Assembly (NCBI GenBank): GCA_965218695.1 | Contig: OZ244651.1 | Span: 1,760,001-1,824,000 of the forward strand | DNA: 64,000 bases | Origin: Nitrosopumilus sp. | GTDB taxonomy: Archaea > Thermoproteota > Nitrososphaeria > Nitrososphaerales > Nitrosopumilaceae | Reading direction: 5' to 3' | Shown here: one piece after another, positions 19,340-29,702 of the stretch | Layout of the letters: the number at the start of each line of letters is the position of its first letter | Numbering within the stretch: position 1 is the first letter of the stretch | Program-made: the position numbers and the translations under genes | Notes under the pieces: model-generated | Told to the model about the DNA's origin: nothing | Database searches by the model: none | What the model saw: only the letters and a program-made list of their open reading frames with translations

Positions 19340-22300
19340 ATGATCTTGACACAACAGGATTTGGAACTGTCTGACGTGCAAAAGCGCATCGTGGACCACG
19401 ACAGCGGCCATCTGAGGATTGTGGCGTGTCCCGGTTCAGGAAAGACCGAGGTTGTAAGCAGAAGGGTCGCGGAGCTCATACGGAAGGGAGTGGAACCGTC
19501 AAGGATAGTCGCCTTTACGTTTACCGAAAAGGCGGCAGAGGAACTAAAGCTGAGGATCAGGAGACGGCTGGAGGACATGTGCAGTGAGAAATCAGATTTC
19601 GGCGACATGTACATCGGAACGATAGACTCGTTTTGTCTTCACATTATTCGGGAGATAAGACCTGAATTCAAAGCCTTTGAGGTACTGGACGCGGCAAGAA
19701 GAATGGCGTTCATAGACAGATGGTATCTTAACATGGGGTTTGATTCGATGCAGACTGAAAATGCCGGAAAGTGGAGAACCATGCAAATTTTTTGTGACAG
19801 TTCGGACAGGGTAATGAACGAGATGATCGACACATCGAAGATAACAGACGATGCATTTGTGAAATGTTATGACCGATATGTAGGAAAACTGAGGGAAGAG
19901 AGATTTTTTGACTTTACGTCGATAATATACACGCTTGTCGAACTGCTTAGACATGACGAATCTGCATTAAACTACATCGGCAGTCTGGTAAAACACGTGG
20001 TCTTTGATGAATACCAGGATGTAAACAGGCTTCAGGAGTCACTGCTTGACTATATGTCGGTTGGTTCGGATTCGGTATGTGTGGTGGGGGATGACGATCA
20101 GAACATCTTCCAATGGCGGGGAAGCAGCGTTGATCATATTGTGAATTTTCGAGAAAAATATTCCAAGTACGGGGTTACAACGGAGGAACTTGATACAAAC
20201 TACCGTGCCACTGATGGACTGATCGATGTTGCAAGCAGGTTGATAGCAAGCAACACGAGGAGGCTGGAGAAAAACATGAAGGCGTATGACGGACAGAACT
20301 ATCCCTTTGAATTAAACGACATAGTGCACCGCCACTTTGATAGCGACAGGGAGGAATTCAGATTCATACTTGACAGCCTGAACAGGCTACACGGTACGGA
20401 CTTTGTGGACAAGCACGGAAATGCATATGCGCTGTCATACCGCGACATGGCGGTAATAGTGAAAACCAACGAGGACGCTGCCCGGATAATAGGTTTTTTT
20501 GAAAGCAACAGCATGCCGTGTATAGCAGACAGCGGCAGTGGCGTATTTGAGCGCCCCATCGTCATCCTGGCCGTGGACTGCATCTCGTATGTTTTTGACT
20601 GCGCAGAATACGCAACAAACGCGGTTCCAGAGATGGATGTTCTTGCGGAAAGATATGCAGGTGTGGTAGGAGGCGACAAACAGAAATTTCGAGACGGATT
20701 GCAGAAGATAAGGGCGGATACCGATGAGATATCGGAGAAAAAGAAAGGATGGCTGCCCAATCTTGGATTGCAGGAATTCTACCAGCGAATACTGGTTTCA
20801 ATGGGATCTGAAAGAGGCGTATTTGCCGAAGTCGACTTGTACAATCTTGCGGTTCTAAGCACTGCGATTTCCGATTATGAGTATGTGTATCAGACACTCA
20901 GGACGGGGGAAATCAGTGGCTTCAAATGGTTCATCAGGCAGTTTGCGGAGAGGTATTATTCCGATCCGCAACACAATGATCCGTCCGAGGTGGATGCAGT
21001 CAGAATACTTACCATATGGAAGGCAAAGGGTCTGGAATTTCCGGCGGTCTTTGTTCCCTCGTTTGTCTACAGAAAAAGACCTCGCGCATCCCCATGTTTT
21101 GCAGACGATCATCTGTATGACAAGGAAAGATACGACGGTACGGAGGAAGACGACAGGAGGGCGTATTATACTGCAATAACTCGCTCGCAAAAGTACCTGT
21201 TACTGACCGGTGCATCCAGGAGGGAGATTGTGGTAAGATCCGATCCATCAAAAAACATGATCAGGCCGCATCCGTTCATTGATGAGATGAAAAACGGACG
21301 GTTCTCTGAAACGTTTCATGCCAAAAGATCAAAGACTGGAAGGGAGCAGAGAATGATGGAAGGGGGAACGTTTCCAACCTCGTACAGCAAGATGAGCATC
21401 TACGACAGATGTCCATACGACTACAAGCTCAGACACGTTCTGGGATTCAATGCCGGCGTACCGGCAGCATTTGGATACGGAACCAACATACACAACATAT
21501 TGAACCTGATCCATTCAAAATACATACGGGAGAGGAAGGTTCCAACGGAACAGGACATCAAGAAAATGTTTGATCAGATGTTTTATCTGAGATTTGCCCC
21601 CGGAAGGCAGACGGAGAACATGAAAAAGGCCGGCATGAGGGTGGTATCCAACTATGTCCAGAATCACAAAGACGACTTTGAGAAAATCTTGGACACGGAA
21701 AAGAGGTTCGAATTCATGCTGGGACAGGCAATGATATCCGGCGACATTGATCTGCTCAAGAAGATTAACGAGGATGGGCAGGTAACCGAAATCGAGATTA
21801 TCGACTTTAAGACCGACCGGCAGAACGGGGACGGCGTGTATGATCTGGACTATTCAGAACAGGTGAGGCTATACTCGTATGCGGCAAGGTTTTCACTTGG
21901 GACCAAACCGCAGAGGGCGGCTGTACACCATCTTGACACGGGCAAGGTGGATTATGTGGACATAAGTGACGGACAGATGGAAAAAACAAGGGGCGACATG
22001 GAGTCAAAGATAGGAAGCATACTGTCCAAGGACTTTGAGGCGCAACCAGAAGACAGCAAGTGCAAGGGATGTGACTTTAGGGCGTTGTGTTCCCACAAGG
22101 GATTCGATGTGGGAGTCGGCTTCAAGCCGGCAGAACATGTCAAGCGCGACAGTCCTGCCAGGGACGACGAGTCTGAAGCAGACGCCGGAACGAACCTTGG
22201 CCCCTCGGTCATAAGCAGGGGTATGAGGACAAAGGCCGCAAGAATGGCGGAAAAAATACATGCGGACGGGATCGTCCCAGATGCGGACGGGGCATACAGA

Positions 22301-22456
22301 CTGCAGTCAGAAAGTGATTCGGACAGATCGTACAGGGTTACAGCGACGAGCTGCCAGTGCAGGGGATTCAAAAGCTACGGCGGCAGGAACCCGGACAGCA
22401 TACCCACCTGCTCCCACATAGAGGCTGTAAAAATCGTAAAAGGGGCCACCTCATAG
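19340..22456 (+). CDS. UvrD/PcrA-like SF1 helicase fused to a PD-(D/E)XK nuclease and a C-terminal SWIM zinc finger
   Basis: ACPGSGKT, FDEYQD, VGDDDQNIFQWRG, NYR, KAKGLEF, YTAITR; GDIDLL..IDFKT; C..CxxC..C; SCQCRGF...CSH. Confidence 0.88.
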   Translation: MILTQQDLELSDVQKRIVDHDSGHLRIVACPGSGKTEVVSRRVAELIRKGVEPSRIVAFTFTEKAAEELKLRIRRRLEDMCSEKSDFGDMYIGTIDSFCLHIIREIRPEFKAFEVLDAARRMAFIDRWYLNMGFDSMQTENAGKWRTMQIFCDSSDRVMNEMIDTSKITDDAFVKCYDRYVGKLREERFFDFTSIIYTLVELLRHDESALNYIGSLVKHVVFDEYQDVNRLQESLLDYMSVGSDSVCVVGDDDQNIFQWRGSSVDHIVNFREKYSKYGVTTEELDTNYRATDGLIDVASRLIASNTRRLEKNMKAYDGQNYPFELNDIVHRHFDSDREEFRFILDSLNRLHGTDFVDKHGNAYALSYRDMAVIVKTNEDAARIIGFFESNSMPCIADSGSGVFERPIVILAVDCISYVFDCAEYATNAVPEMDVLAERYAGVVGGDKQKFRDGLQKIRADTDEISEKKKGWLPNLGLQEFYQRILVSMGSERGVFAEVDLYNLAVLSTAISDYEYVYQTLRTGEISGFKWFIRQFAERYYSDPQHNDPSEVDAVRILTIWKAKGLEFPAVFVPSFVYRKRPRASPCFADDHLYDKERYDGTEEDDRRAYYTAITRSQKYLLLTGASRREIVVRSDPSKNMIRPHPFIDEMKNGRFSETFHAKRSKTGREQRMMEGGTFPTSYSKMSIYDRCPYDYKLRHVLGFNAGVPAAFGYGTNIHNILNLIHSKYIRERKVPTEQDIKKMFDQMFYLRFAPGRQTENMKKAGMRVVSNYVQNHKDDFEKILDTEKRFEFMLGQAMISGDIDLLKKINEDGQVTEIEIIDFKTDRQNGDGVYDLDYSEQVRLYSYAARFSLGTKPQRAAVHHLDTGKVDYVDISDGQMEKTRGDMESKIGSILSKDFEAQPEDSKCKGCDFRALCSHKGFDVGVGFKPAEHVKRDSPARDDESEADAGTNLGPSVISRGMRTKAARMAEKIHADGIVPDADGAYRLQSESDSDRSYRVTATSCQCRGFKSYGGRNPDSIPTCSHIEAVKIVKGATS

Positions 22457-22596
22457 ACTCATCCTATGCCGTGTCGGCCATTATTTCATGAACCGCGGTA
22501 TCTTTGCAGCAGAACCATGCAGTCTACCAAAAAATTGAATTTTAGTAATGGACCATGCCTCATGTTATACCAGAGCCGGATTGTTGATGAATTGCG

Positions 22597-22957
22597 TTAG
22601 GCCCTACCGGAATTATTTCCTGCTGCGCAGGGTCGCAGAATCTGGCGAGACTCGTCGGGTATGACGCTGTCGAACATCTCGATCCTGTGCAGAACCGTGC
22701 TGTACCTAGGATCCCAATCCACCTCCCTGTTCTTCCACAAGCGGCGCTCGATGTTCAGATCCTTGTCCTTTCGCACCGGCTCCCTGTCTTTTTGGTTTAA
22801 TTCCCTGTCCTTCGTTCCAAGATTTCTTTGTTTTTTGATTTCCTGCTGCATCCTGCGTGTGGCCCGTTCAGATAAATCCTGCATTTGATGTGTGGCGTGA
22901 CCGTGCATGATCTGAACTTATTGGACTGGTTTGGGGGGGGTTGCACACAGGCTCCAA
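22597..22957 (-). pseudogene. Truncated 5' remnant of an IS5/ISL2-like element
   Basis: Translation aligns by eye with the N-terminus of the 45467-46810 transposase (ERRLWKNRE vs ERGLWKGRN; LHRIEMFDSVI vs LHLLEVLDGII). Confidence 0.7.
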
Positions 22958-23123
22958 TAGAAGCCATGCGTAATCCCTCCATTTCGTTGGGTTAAACCAG
23001 AAAAACCCAGAAAATATTAAAAATTCTGATTTAATTCTCGCCATGTTAGCCATGTGGGGATCCTGTCCTGCCAGAAATACAAAATAACGTGCGCAACCTT
23101 GCAGCACCACGATGTGCACGGAA

Positions 23124-24437
23124 TTAATTGTTTGAAACGGCGCTGCCGGGGACGTTTGCCTCTTCCCAGTTTATTACCGGCCCCAGCGTGCTACCTGAAG
23201 GAGGTCCTTTCTTCATCTGGTTCCACAGGAGGTCCAGGTTTACGAGTCCGGTTATTATGTTAAATTCCCTGTTAAAGTCGCCAATCTTTCCCTTGTATGG
23301 CGCGGTAAGCCGGCCGTACCGCTTCAGCCTGCCGATGGAGTGCTCTACCTTTACCCGGGCGGAATTGATTTTGTGGTTGTGCTCCTTTTCCTCCTTTGTA
23401 AAGCGCTTGTGGTTCTTGGTCTTCTTGTGCGGCTGCAGGGTGTTTGTGCCGGGCAGATCCTTTGCGATTCCCTTGTAGCCGCGGTCAGTAAGGGTGTGGA
23501 TCCTGTCCTCTTCGGGGGTGTCCTCGTCGCACATGCGGTCCCACCATTTTCCAAACGGCAGCGGGCTCTCCCTGAGCAGCGTGATGTCGTGGACGGATCC
23601 CACGGTGCTGCCGGATATGGCGACTATCACCCCGTTTTCATTTATGCAGACTGTGGTGTTGAGCGTGAATTTCTTCTTCTTGCCCGAATACATCATGCTC
23701 CTCATCTGTTTTTCGTCCGGCCTCTGTATGGGGCAGTGCGTGCCGTCGATCATCATGATGCCCCCGTCAGGCCCGGAAATTATTTTTTTGAGATCCTCTT
23801 TTGTCTCCGTGCCTGCTATCTCCTTTGATATGTTGGCAGCAGTGGGCAGCGCCGCCTCAAGCACCCCGTCTAGTACATCGATATACCTGGACACGGTCGC
23901 CTGGTCTATTCCAAAGAATGCCGCAAGCGCGCCCTGCGTGGGGTTGCCCTTTTTGTACATCAGTGACATGAGTAGCGCGTGCCTTGGGTACAGCTTGCAG
24001 CGGTTCCCGGGATCCGACGCCCTCGTCTCGTCGTTCCTGAAGAGCGGGGATTTGCCGCTTTGTCTTATCCATGCCTCGGCCCTGTCAAGTATGTACTGGA
24101 ATTGCCCCCTGCCCTTCAGCGTCGCGTCATGAAGCTTCTTCCCGACGCCGATGACGTCGTCAAACACCTCCACGCGGTGCAGCAGGGCGGGCTCCCCTGC
24201 GGCTCCGGACTCGGAGCCGTCCCGCGTGCTCCACAGGCTTTGCTCGTGCTTGGCGGCTGCCTCCAAGCGCTTGATGTCAGCGTCCTGGCGCTTGATGTCA
24301 GCGTCCTGGCGCTTGATGTCAGCGTCCTGGCGCTTGATCATGTATCTGAGAGCCTTGTTCTCTTTTTGCAGGTCACTTGTTTTCTGTTCCGACAACAGTA
24401 TGAACCGGCATATTCTGGTTTTAATTGGATGGATCAT
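23124..24437 (-). CDS. IS5-family (DDE_Tnp_4-like) transposase
   Basis: FFGIDQATVSR HTH, IDGTH, YSGKKK, DRGY, RVKVEHSIGRLK. Confidence 0.88.
   Translation of the reverse strand: MIHPIKTRICRFILLSEQKTSDLQKENKALRYMIKRQDADIKRQDADIKRQDADIKRLEAAAKHEQSLWSTRDGSESGAAGEPALLHRVEVFDDVIGVGKKLHDATLKGRGQFQYILDRAEAWIRQSGKSPLFRNDETRASDPGNRCKLYPRHALLMSLMYKKGNPTQGALAAFFGIDQATVSRYIDVLDGVLEAALPTAANISKEIAGTETKEDLKKIISGPDGGIMMIDGTHCPIQRPDEKQMRSMMYSGKKKKFTLNTTVCINENGVIVAISGSTVGSVHDITLLRESPLPFGKWWDRMCDEDTPEEDRIHTLTDRGYKGIAKDLPGTNTLQPHKKTKNHKRFTKEEKEHNHKINSARVKVEHSIGRLKRYGRLTAPYKGKIGDFNREFNIITGLVNLDLLWNQMKKGPPSGSTLGPVINWEEANVPGSAVSNN
24267..24338. repeat. 21-bp tandem repeat x3+ encoding IKRQDAD heptads
   Basis: GCGCTTGATGTCAGCGTCCTG repeated. 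Confidence 0.9.
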
Positions 24438-24516
24438 AAATTTTTGACAGCAGGGCTAACGTCAACGCGGAGTTTGAAAAAGTTCTGGATTACGCATATT
24501 TTCTAATGCATGCAGT

Positions 24517-24918
24517 CTATTCGTTGAGTTTTCTTCTTATCCGTCTCATGCACTTGTCCGGGTTTTTCTCGATGTCATGCTCCCAGAACCTGAGCACGGA
24601 CCACCCGTCCCTGCGGAGCCTACGGGAGTATCTCCTGTCCCTCCTCATGTTTTCTTCTATCTTGTCCCGCCAGAATTTTTTTGCAGGTCTCTTTTTCGTG
24701 TAATACCTGTAGCCGTGCCAGAAGTCCCCGTCACAGTAGATCGCTATGCGTCTCTGCCGAAGTACAAAGTCCGGACTGCCGAACATCTTTGGATACATCT
24801 CAAACTCGTATCCGGCCTCGGACAGCATCTGCCCCATCCTCATGTCGATCTTTGTATATTTTCCACGTATCCTAGACATGATCCAGGATCTCTTTTCAGG
24901 GGAAAAGATGTCTGTCAT
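24517..24918 (-). CDS. vsr: Very-short-patch repair endonuclease
   Basis: MTDIFSPEKRSWIMSRIRGK, GSPDFV, DGDFWHG, FWRDKIEENMRRD, GWSVLRFWE. Confidence 0.92.
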   Translation of the reverse strand: MTDIFSPEKRSWIMSRIRGKYTKIDMRMGQMLSEAGYEFEMYPKMFGSPDFVLRQRRIAIYCDGDFWHGYRYYTKKRPAKKFWRDKIEENMRRDRRYSRRLRRDGWSVLRFWEHDIEKNPDKCMRRIRRKLNE

Positions 24919-25074
24919 GGGCAGCGGCAGTCTCCCCGCCGGCATTCACCCCTGTCGGATACGGCAGGGCAGGGTGATGTGTGTCCAGGCGATCTTTGGC
25001 ACGCCTGCACGGCATACCTGTATTTTTCAATATATGTCATCCCCGCACCCATGTGAGTTCCGTATGGTGTTTTA

Positions 25075-25683
25075 TTAATTTGAGTATCTCCGGTAGAGAT
25101 CCCACGCAAGATCCTCCAGGGCCTGCCACACGTCGTCCTGCAGGTCATTCCTGAGCTGGTCAAGCAGGTGCCGCACAGTCCCCAGCGTGCCGGTATCTAC
25201 ATGAAAGGACAGACCTCCAAGATCACTCGGATCCAGTCTCTCGTCAAGCCTGCCTATCCTCTCAAAATATGCAGTAAACGTGTCCCAGGAAACCAGGTTC
25301 TGCCTCGCCCTTGCCGCGTCTTTGCATTTGTCCAGCAGGTCGTCACCTGACATCCTGCCTCCCTTGTCGACATATGCAAAGAACATCTTTCCATGTTCCT
25401 TCATGATGTCCTCGATGCTGACTTTTGCAGAATAAACCACTATGGGAATCCGCGTAATCCTGAGACGTCTTCTCAGATCGTCGATCATGCAGTATCCGGT
25501 TTTGTCGGAGTCCTTTATGGATACGTCCGTGACAATGACGTCAAATCCGCTGTCTATCCTCTCGTCCAGTTCCTCCTGGGTCGAGCACCACGTGACCTCG
25601 TAGTCATCCTCCAGCGAATCCCTGACCAGATCGGCGGTCTTTTGATCATCGTCAAACAGAAGTATTCTTGGTCTGTCTTGCAT
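25075..25683 (-). CDS. Response-regulator receiver protein with an unknown C-terminal helical domain
   Basis: ILLFDDD, IVTDVS (phospho-Asp), YSA, VDK; ATG directly follows the kinase stop. Confidence 0.85.
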   Translation of the reverse strand: MQDRPRILLFDDDQKTADLVRDSLEDDYEVTWCSTQEELDERIDSGFDVIVTDVSIKDSDKTGYCMIDDLRRRLRITRIPIVVYSAKVSIEDIMKEHGKMFFAYVDKGGRMSGDDLLDKCKDAARARQNLVSWDTFTAYFERIGRLDERLDPSDLGGLSFHVDTGTLGTVRHLLDQLRNDLQDDVWQALEDLAWDLYRRYSN

Positions 25684-25684
25684 T

Positions 25685-27997
25685 TTACTTGCCCCGCAGG
25701 TTCTCAAGCGGAATGAGGATCTGTATGGCGGTCTCCCCCTCTCCGGGACTGTTCTTTTCATGCGTGCTTGAGCTTACCTTCACGGCTCCTTTGTAGTCGT
25801 CCTCTACGATCTCCCTTACGATGGTGGTGCCCATGCCGGTACCGTCATCGCCTCCGGTTTTTGATGTAGAGTAGAACGGATCAAATATTTTGTGAAAGTT
25901 GTCCTCCGGAATCCCCACACCGTTGTCGTATACCTCTATCTTCAAATGCGGTTCGCGCTTCTCGAACAGTATTTTTATACGCTTGTTCTTGCGCTGGACT
26001 CTGGTCAGTGCCTTGATCGAGTTTGCCATCAGGTTTATCACTATCGATTCCCAGGATGCACGGTTCATGTACAGGCCGTCCAGGTTTCTCGGTCCGACTT
26101 GCACCTCGACATCTATTGACAGGGACTGTAAAACATCGTTAAACCCCTCCTTGAACCGTTCTACCGACTCGTCGAATTTTATTATCTCCCTTCCCCGTCT
26201 TGTTCCATCCGGACCGCTAAACAGCGAGGCGAATTCCCGTATGTATGAGTTGAGATCGATCATGGTCGAGACATCGTCTATGGTTTTACTGACGTAGTCC
26301 TGTTTTTTGGTGTCATCCCACCGGCTCCATTTCGTAGCAAGTAGTCTTTGTCTTTGGTTGATTCTGCCGATTATTTGACGGACTTCGTGATGGAACGCCA
26401 ACGCAGATATCCCCAGCGAGGCCAGGTTTCTATACATCTCCAGGTTTGTCGTGACCCTGGTTATTGCCTCTGCCCTCTCCTTGTCTTGGATTTCGATCTG
26501 CCTCATGGCCTCCACCGTCTGTTGTCTTAGAGCGGCTTTCTCATCATCATTGATATTCGTGCCCTCTACATGATCAAGAAGGTGTGCAAGTGTTGATTGC
26601 GCCTTTGCAGATGCCATGCTCCTGGGCTTTTTTTCTTGCTGCCGTTCCTCATATGTCCTCCTGTACTCCTCAAGTTCTTCCAGGACGTCCGTTACCAGCC
26701 GTTCCTTCAGAAATTCGAACGCCTCGTTCTGAACCAGTCCCTCCCTCGTGGTGGTTTCCACGATATCCGGATTTTGCTCTCTGGTCAGGAAAACATATCC
26801 TATGACGTTTCTGTTCCTCACCTTGCCCCCCATTTGGCGTATGTATCTCTTGTCAAGTCCCGCCCAATCGTCTCCCTTCTTTCCATAAGGCATGATTCTA
26901 ATACCGTCATTGAAGATCTTGATTCCACAGTTTTCCACAAGCTGATCCTCCAGCTCCTTTGCCATCCTCACTGATTTGGGTGCCCACTGCCTTGCCCTGC
27001 CTTCAAAAGCCAGGAGGACGATCTTCGCATCGCCGCATGTCCTGTCTCCTGCGGAAATGGAACCCCGGGATTTTGCTCTGCTGCTCAGGTCGGATGCGGG
27101 TTTCCGTGCATCCTCTCTGCCAGTCCGGTGGTGGATCTGGTAGTTTACCTTGTTTCCCATTAGCTGCGCCCTGATCTCCCATGGCGCGTATTTTTCCACA
27201 ACACTCTCAATCTTGGTTCTCCTTGGTCTAAACCCGTGCGGGACGATCCTTACATCAAACGAATTCTCGTCGGATGTCCTTATGACTGTGGGCGACACCA
27301 GGGTTCCTGCATTCACAACTATGGCATCAATGTCTTTCAGCGTCCACCGGTCCTTTAGATCCGTAATTTCTATCCGAAGCCCGGATCCGTGTCCCGCAGT
27401 GTCCAGAATCCTCAACTTGTTGGGAATGGATCCAAAGTCTTTCCCGGCAACATACTGGTTCCAGTCTATCACAAGCTCGATCGTGTTGCTTGGATAGTCT
27501 GATTTTACCCTTCCGGCGTATTCCCGTGGATTCGATGTGATCCTTACCACATTGCCCAGTCTCTGCGATGCGAACCGTCCCATCCCTTTCTCTCCGGCCA
27601 CCCGTCTCTGCAGTGCCGGGGAGTACTTTTCCTGCTCCTTGTGCGATGTGGCAACCCGCATCCATTTATCCCGGAAATCCTCAACCGTCATTCCGATCCC
27701 AGAATCCTCTATCACTATTTTTTTCATCGATATGCCCTCCTCCATCTGACCGTCCGCATGAAAATGCACGCTGCATTCAAGGGCGTCTGCATCAAAGGAG
27801 TTCTTGATCAGCTCCAGGATTGCCTGCACGTGCGAGGAGACTGACTGCTCCCCTATGTTCATGGCAAGCTTTGCGTCAAATGAGTGGTGCAGTTCGATCT
27901 CGGCCATTTCGGACTGTCCTGCTGTCTTCACGCCGCCCGCGTCACGTATTTCCGTGCCCGCAGTAACTGGTTTGTGATTCATGATATGCCGGAACAT
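25685..27997 (-). CDS. MORC/GHKL ATPase fused to a histidine kinase (start uncertain)
   Basis: N-terminal ELIKNSFDADA, DSGIGM, GEKGMGRFA; C-terminal H-box FHHEVRQ, NLMANSIKA, DNGVGI, FDPFYST, GTGMG. Confidence 0.88.
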   Translation of the reverse strand: MFRHIMNHKPVTAGTEIRDAGGVKTAGQSEMAEIELHHSFDAKLAMNIGEQSVSSHVQAILELIKNSFDADALECSVHFHADGQMEEGISMKKIVIEDSGIGMTVEDFRDKWMRVATSHKEQEKYSPALQRRVAGEKGMGRFASQRLGNVVRITSNPREYAGRVKSDYPSNTIELVIDWNQYVAGKDFGSIPNKLRILDTAGHGSGLRIEITDLKDRWTLKDIDAIVVNAGTLVSPTVIRTSDENSFDVRIVPHGFRPRRTKIESVVEKYAPWEIRAQLMGNKVNYQIHHRTGREDARKPASDLSSRAKSRGSISAGDRTCGDAKIVLLAFEGRARQWAPKSVRMAKELEDQLVENCGIKIFNDGIRIMPYGKKGDDWAGLDKRYIRQMGGKVRNRNVIGYVFLTREQNPDIVETTTREGLVQNEAFEFLKERLVTDVLEELEEYRRTYEERQQEKKPRSMASAKAQSTLAHLLDHVEGTNINDDEKAALRQQTVEAMRQIEIQDKERAEAITRVTTNLEMYRNLASLGISALAFHHEVRQIIGRINQRQRLLATKWSRWDDTKKQDYVSKTIDDVSTMIDLNSYIREFASLFSGPDGTRRGREIIKFDESVERFKEGFNDVLQSLSIDVEVQVGPRNLDGLYMNRASWESIVINLMANSIKALTRVQRKNKRIKILFEKREPHLKIEVYDNGVGIPEDNFHKIFDPFYSTSKTGGDDGTGMGTTIVREIVEDDYKGAVKVSSSTHEKNSPGEGETAIQILIPLENLRGK

Positions 27998-28042
27998 TCC
28001 AAGGTATTTAAAGCCAAAAACCTGAATGGTTTTCTCGTACGG

Positions 28043-28837
28043 TTATTGTGTTCCCTTGTGTATCCTGCGGATTGTGTTCCTGGGAGACAGGAATCCCTTG
28101 TATGACTTCCTGTCTGCATAGATTTCAGCTTCAAGCAAATCACTGTCGAGGATCTGTCCCAGGCTTCGCATGATGGTTGAAAACTCGTCATTACGTTCCT
28201 TCTGACACAGTTCGATCTCGGCTATGCGTCCGCTCTGCTCGGCTGCAATCACCAGTGAGCTCTCCAGCAGAGTTTTGGTATTCTTGTGTTGCTTCAGGCC
28301 AGCAAACACCACGTTCATCGGATATGAGAGGACTGCCTCCCTTATACGGAACAGATCGATTATGTCCTTGAGTGGTAATCTGCGTTTTCTTTTATCGTAC
28401 AGGCCGTCCAGTTTTTTTATCCTTTCAGACAGATGGATGCTCTTGATGGCATCGCCCAGTACGGACATCGGATCCTCCTTGATGGGTTTTACCAAGGAGG
28501 TCTTTCCTCTCCCCCCGCCGGGATCATATGTCCAGTCTTGGCCCTCATAGTCGCTAATGATCTGGTAGATCTTGTCCCTGCCGGGAGGTTTTTCATACCT
28601 CGGCCTGTTTCCAAGCCGCCTGCTCTCTTTGCAGAGAATCTTTTCAACGTCCTTGACGGATATCCCATCGGGATGCTGGGAGACGATCTTTTTTACCCAC
28701 GCGCGGTCGCTTTCATAGTATTTCGTCACGAAAGTCCAGTGTACGGAGCATATATTATCATTACCATACGGAATTTCCGTACGGTATGGGGGAGTTATAA
28801 GCAAATCTGCCGCATGTGTAACATGCATCGAAACCAA
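28043..28837 (-). CDS. Hypothetical protein, possible winged-helix DNA binder (start uncertain)
   Basis: Long ORF co-oriented with and upstream of the MORC-HK gene; HPDGISVKDV...GRDKIYQIISD pattern. Confidence 0.5.
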   Translation of the reverse strand: MVSMHVTHAADLLITPPYRTEIPYGNDNICSVHWTFVTKYYESDRAWVKKIVSQHPDGISVKDVEKILCKESRRLGNRPRYEKPPGRDKIYQIISDYEGQDWTYDPGGGRGKTSLVKPIKEDPMSVLGDAIKSIHLSERIKKLDGLYDKRKRRLPLKDIIDLFRIREAVLSYPMNVVFAGLKQHKNTKTLLESSLVIAAEQSGRIAEIELCQKERNDEFSTIMRSLGQILDSDLLEAEIYADRKSYKGFLSPRNTIRRIHKGTQ

Positions 28838-29221
28838 GTATCGGCGGCTCGGTCATCAAGACCTAGGTGTTTCACAGTACGGATTACCGACTTTGGTTTG
28901 AAGAGCCTTAAGAAGACCGTCAGAAGAAACGGCAGGTTCAGGGGTGAGGTTGACTGCATCATAGATAAGATTGTACGCAATCCGGAAGCGGGAAGGGAAC
29001 TTACCTCAGATCTGTTTGGAATGAAGGTCGTGACATCCGAAGACGGAAAATACAGGGTCGTTTACGAGGTTGATGATGCAAGACGTGAAGTCGTTGTACA
29101 TGCAGTTGGAGGCAGGAGGCATGTCTATGACGATCTGGCGCGGATACTCAAGAGGATAATGCCATACACCGGAAGCGGATCTTTTGGCAAGTGGCAAGAC
29201 AGAAATGACGATCAGCGTTGA
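28823..29221 (+). CDS. RelE/ParE-family toxin-like protein
   Basis: NPEAGRELTSDLFG...KYRVVYEVDDARREVVVHAVGGRRHVY. Confidence 0.75.
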   Translation: MHRNQVSAARSSRPRCFTVRITDFGLKSLKKTVRRNGRFRGEVDCIIDKIVRNPEAGRELTSDLFGMKVVTSEDGKYRVVYEVDDARREVVVHAVGGRRHVYDDLARILKRIMPYTGSGSFGKWQDRNDDQR

Positions 29222-29702
29222 TTTGCTTGGAATCCAACAGCATGACGCCGAATTCGTCTGCTTCGATCATTTCCGCCACATCCCGACATATTAGTTGATG
29301 ACTATTTGAAATAATGTTTCCCCCTTGCCCTGTCTGCATCTTTGCCGGGACGGGCATGGCATGGTTCAGCGTCAGGCGCATCGGACACGCATCCGCCTGC
29401 AGGGATGCCGGTAACTATGATCCTGTTCCGTTCCAGCAACCTGTATTGTCATAAAGTTTGTCCGTTATCATATCGTCCTTGTGGTTGACCATCAGCATAT
29501 GGACAACATCATGAAATTTCATGCCGGACTCTCCAGAATCCTAAAAGAACCCGGGTCTTTCTTGCGTATGTTCCAGTACCGGTGCCGGGCATCCGGCCCC
29601 TGGATCCTTTGAACTTTTCCACGATACCGCCGCGCCGGCACGGATTAAGACATGTGCGAGGGTCATGGATCCGCTTATAGGCAAATTTTGCAACGTATAT
29701 GC

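Larger units (their letters stand above)
22959..24504 (-). mobile_element. IS5-family (ISL2-like) element 1
   Basis: TIR AGAAnnnATGCGTAATCC; 3-bp TSD AAT. Confidence 0.82.

Noticed and set aside
29148-29381. Possible remnant of a second DNA methyltransferase (HQLICRDVAE)
   Set aside because: Only a vague N-terminal resemblance; no DPPY or FxGxG motif
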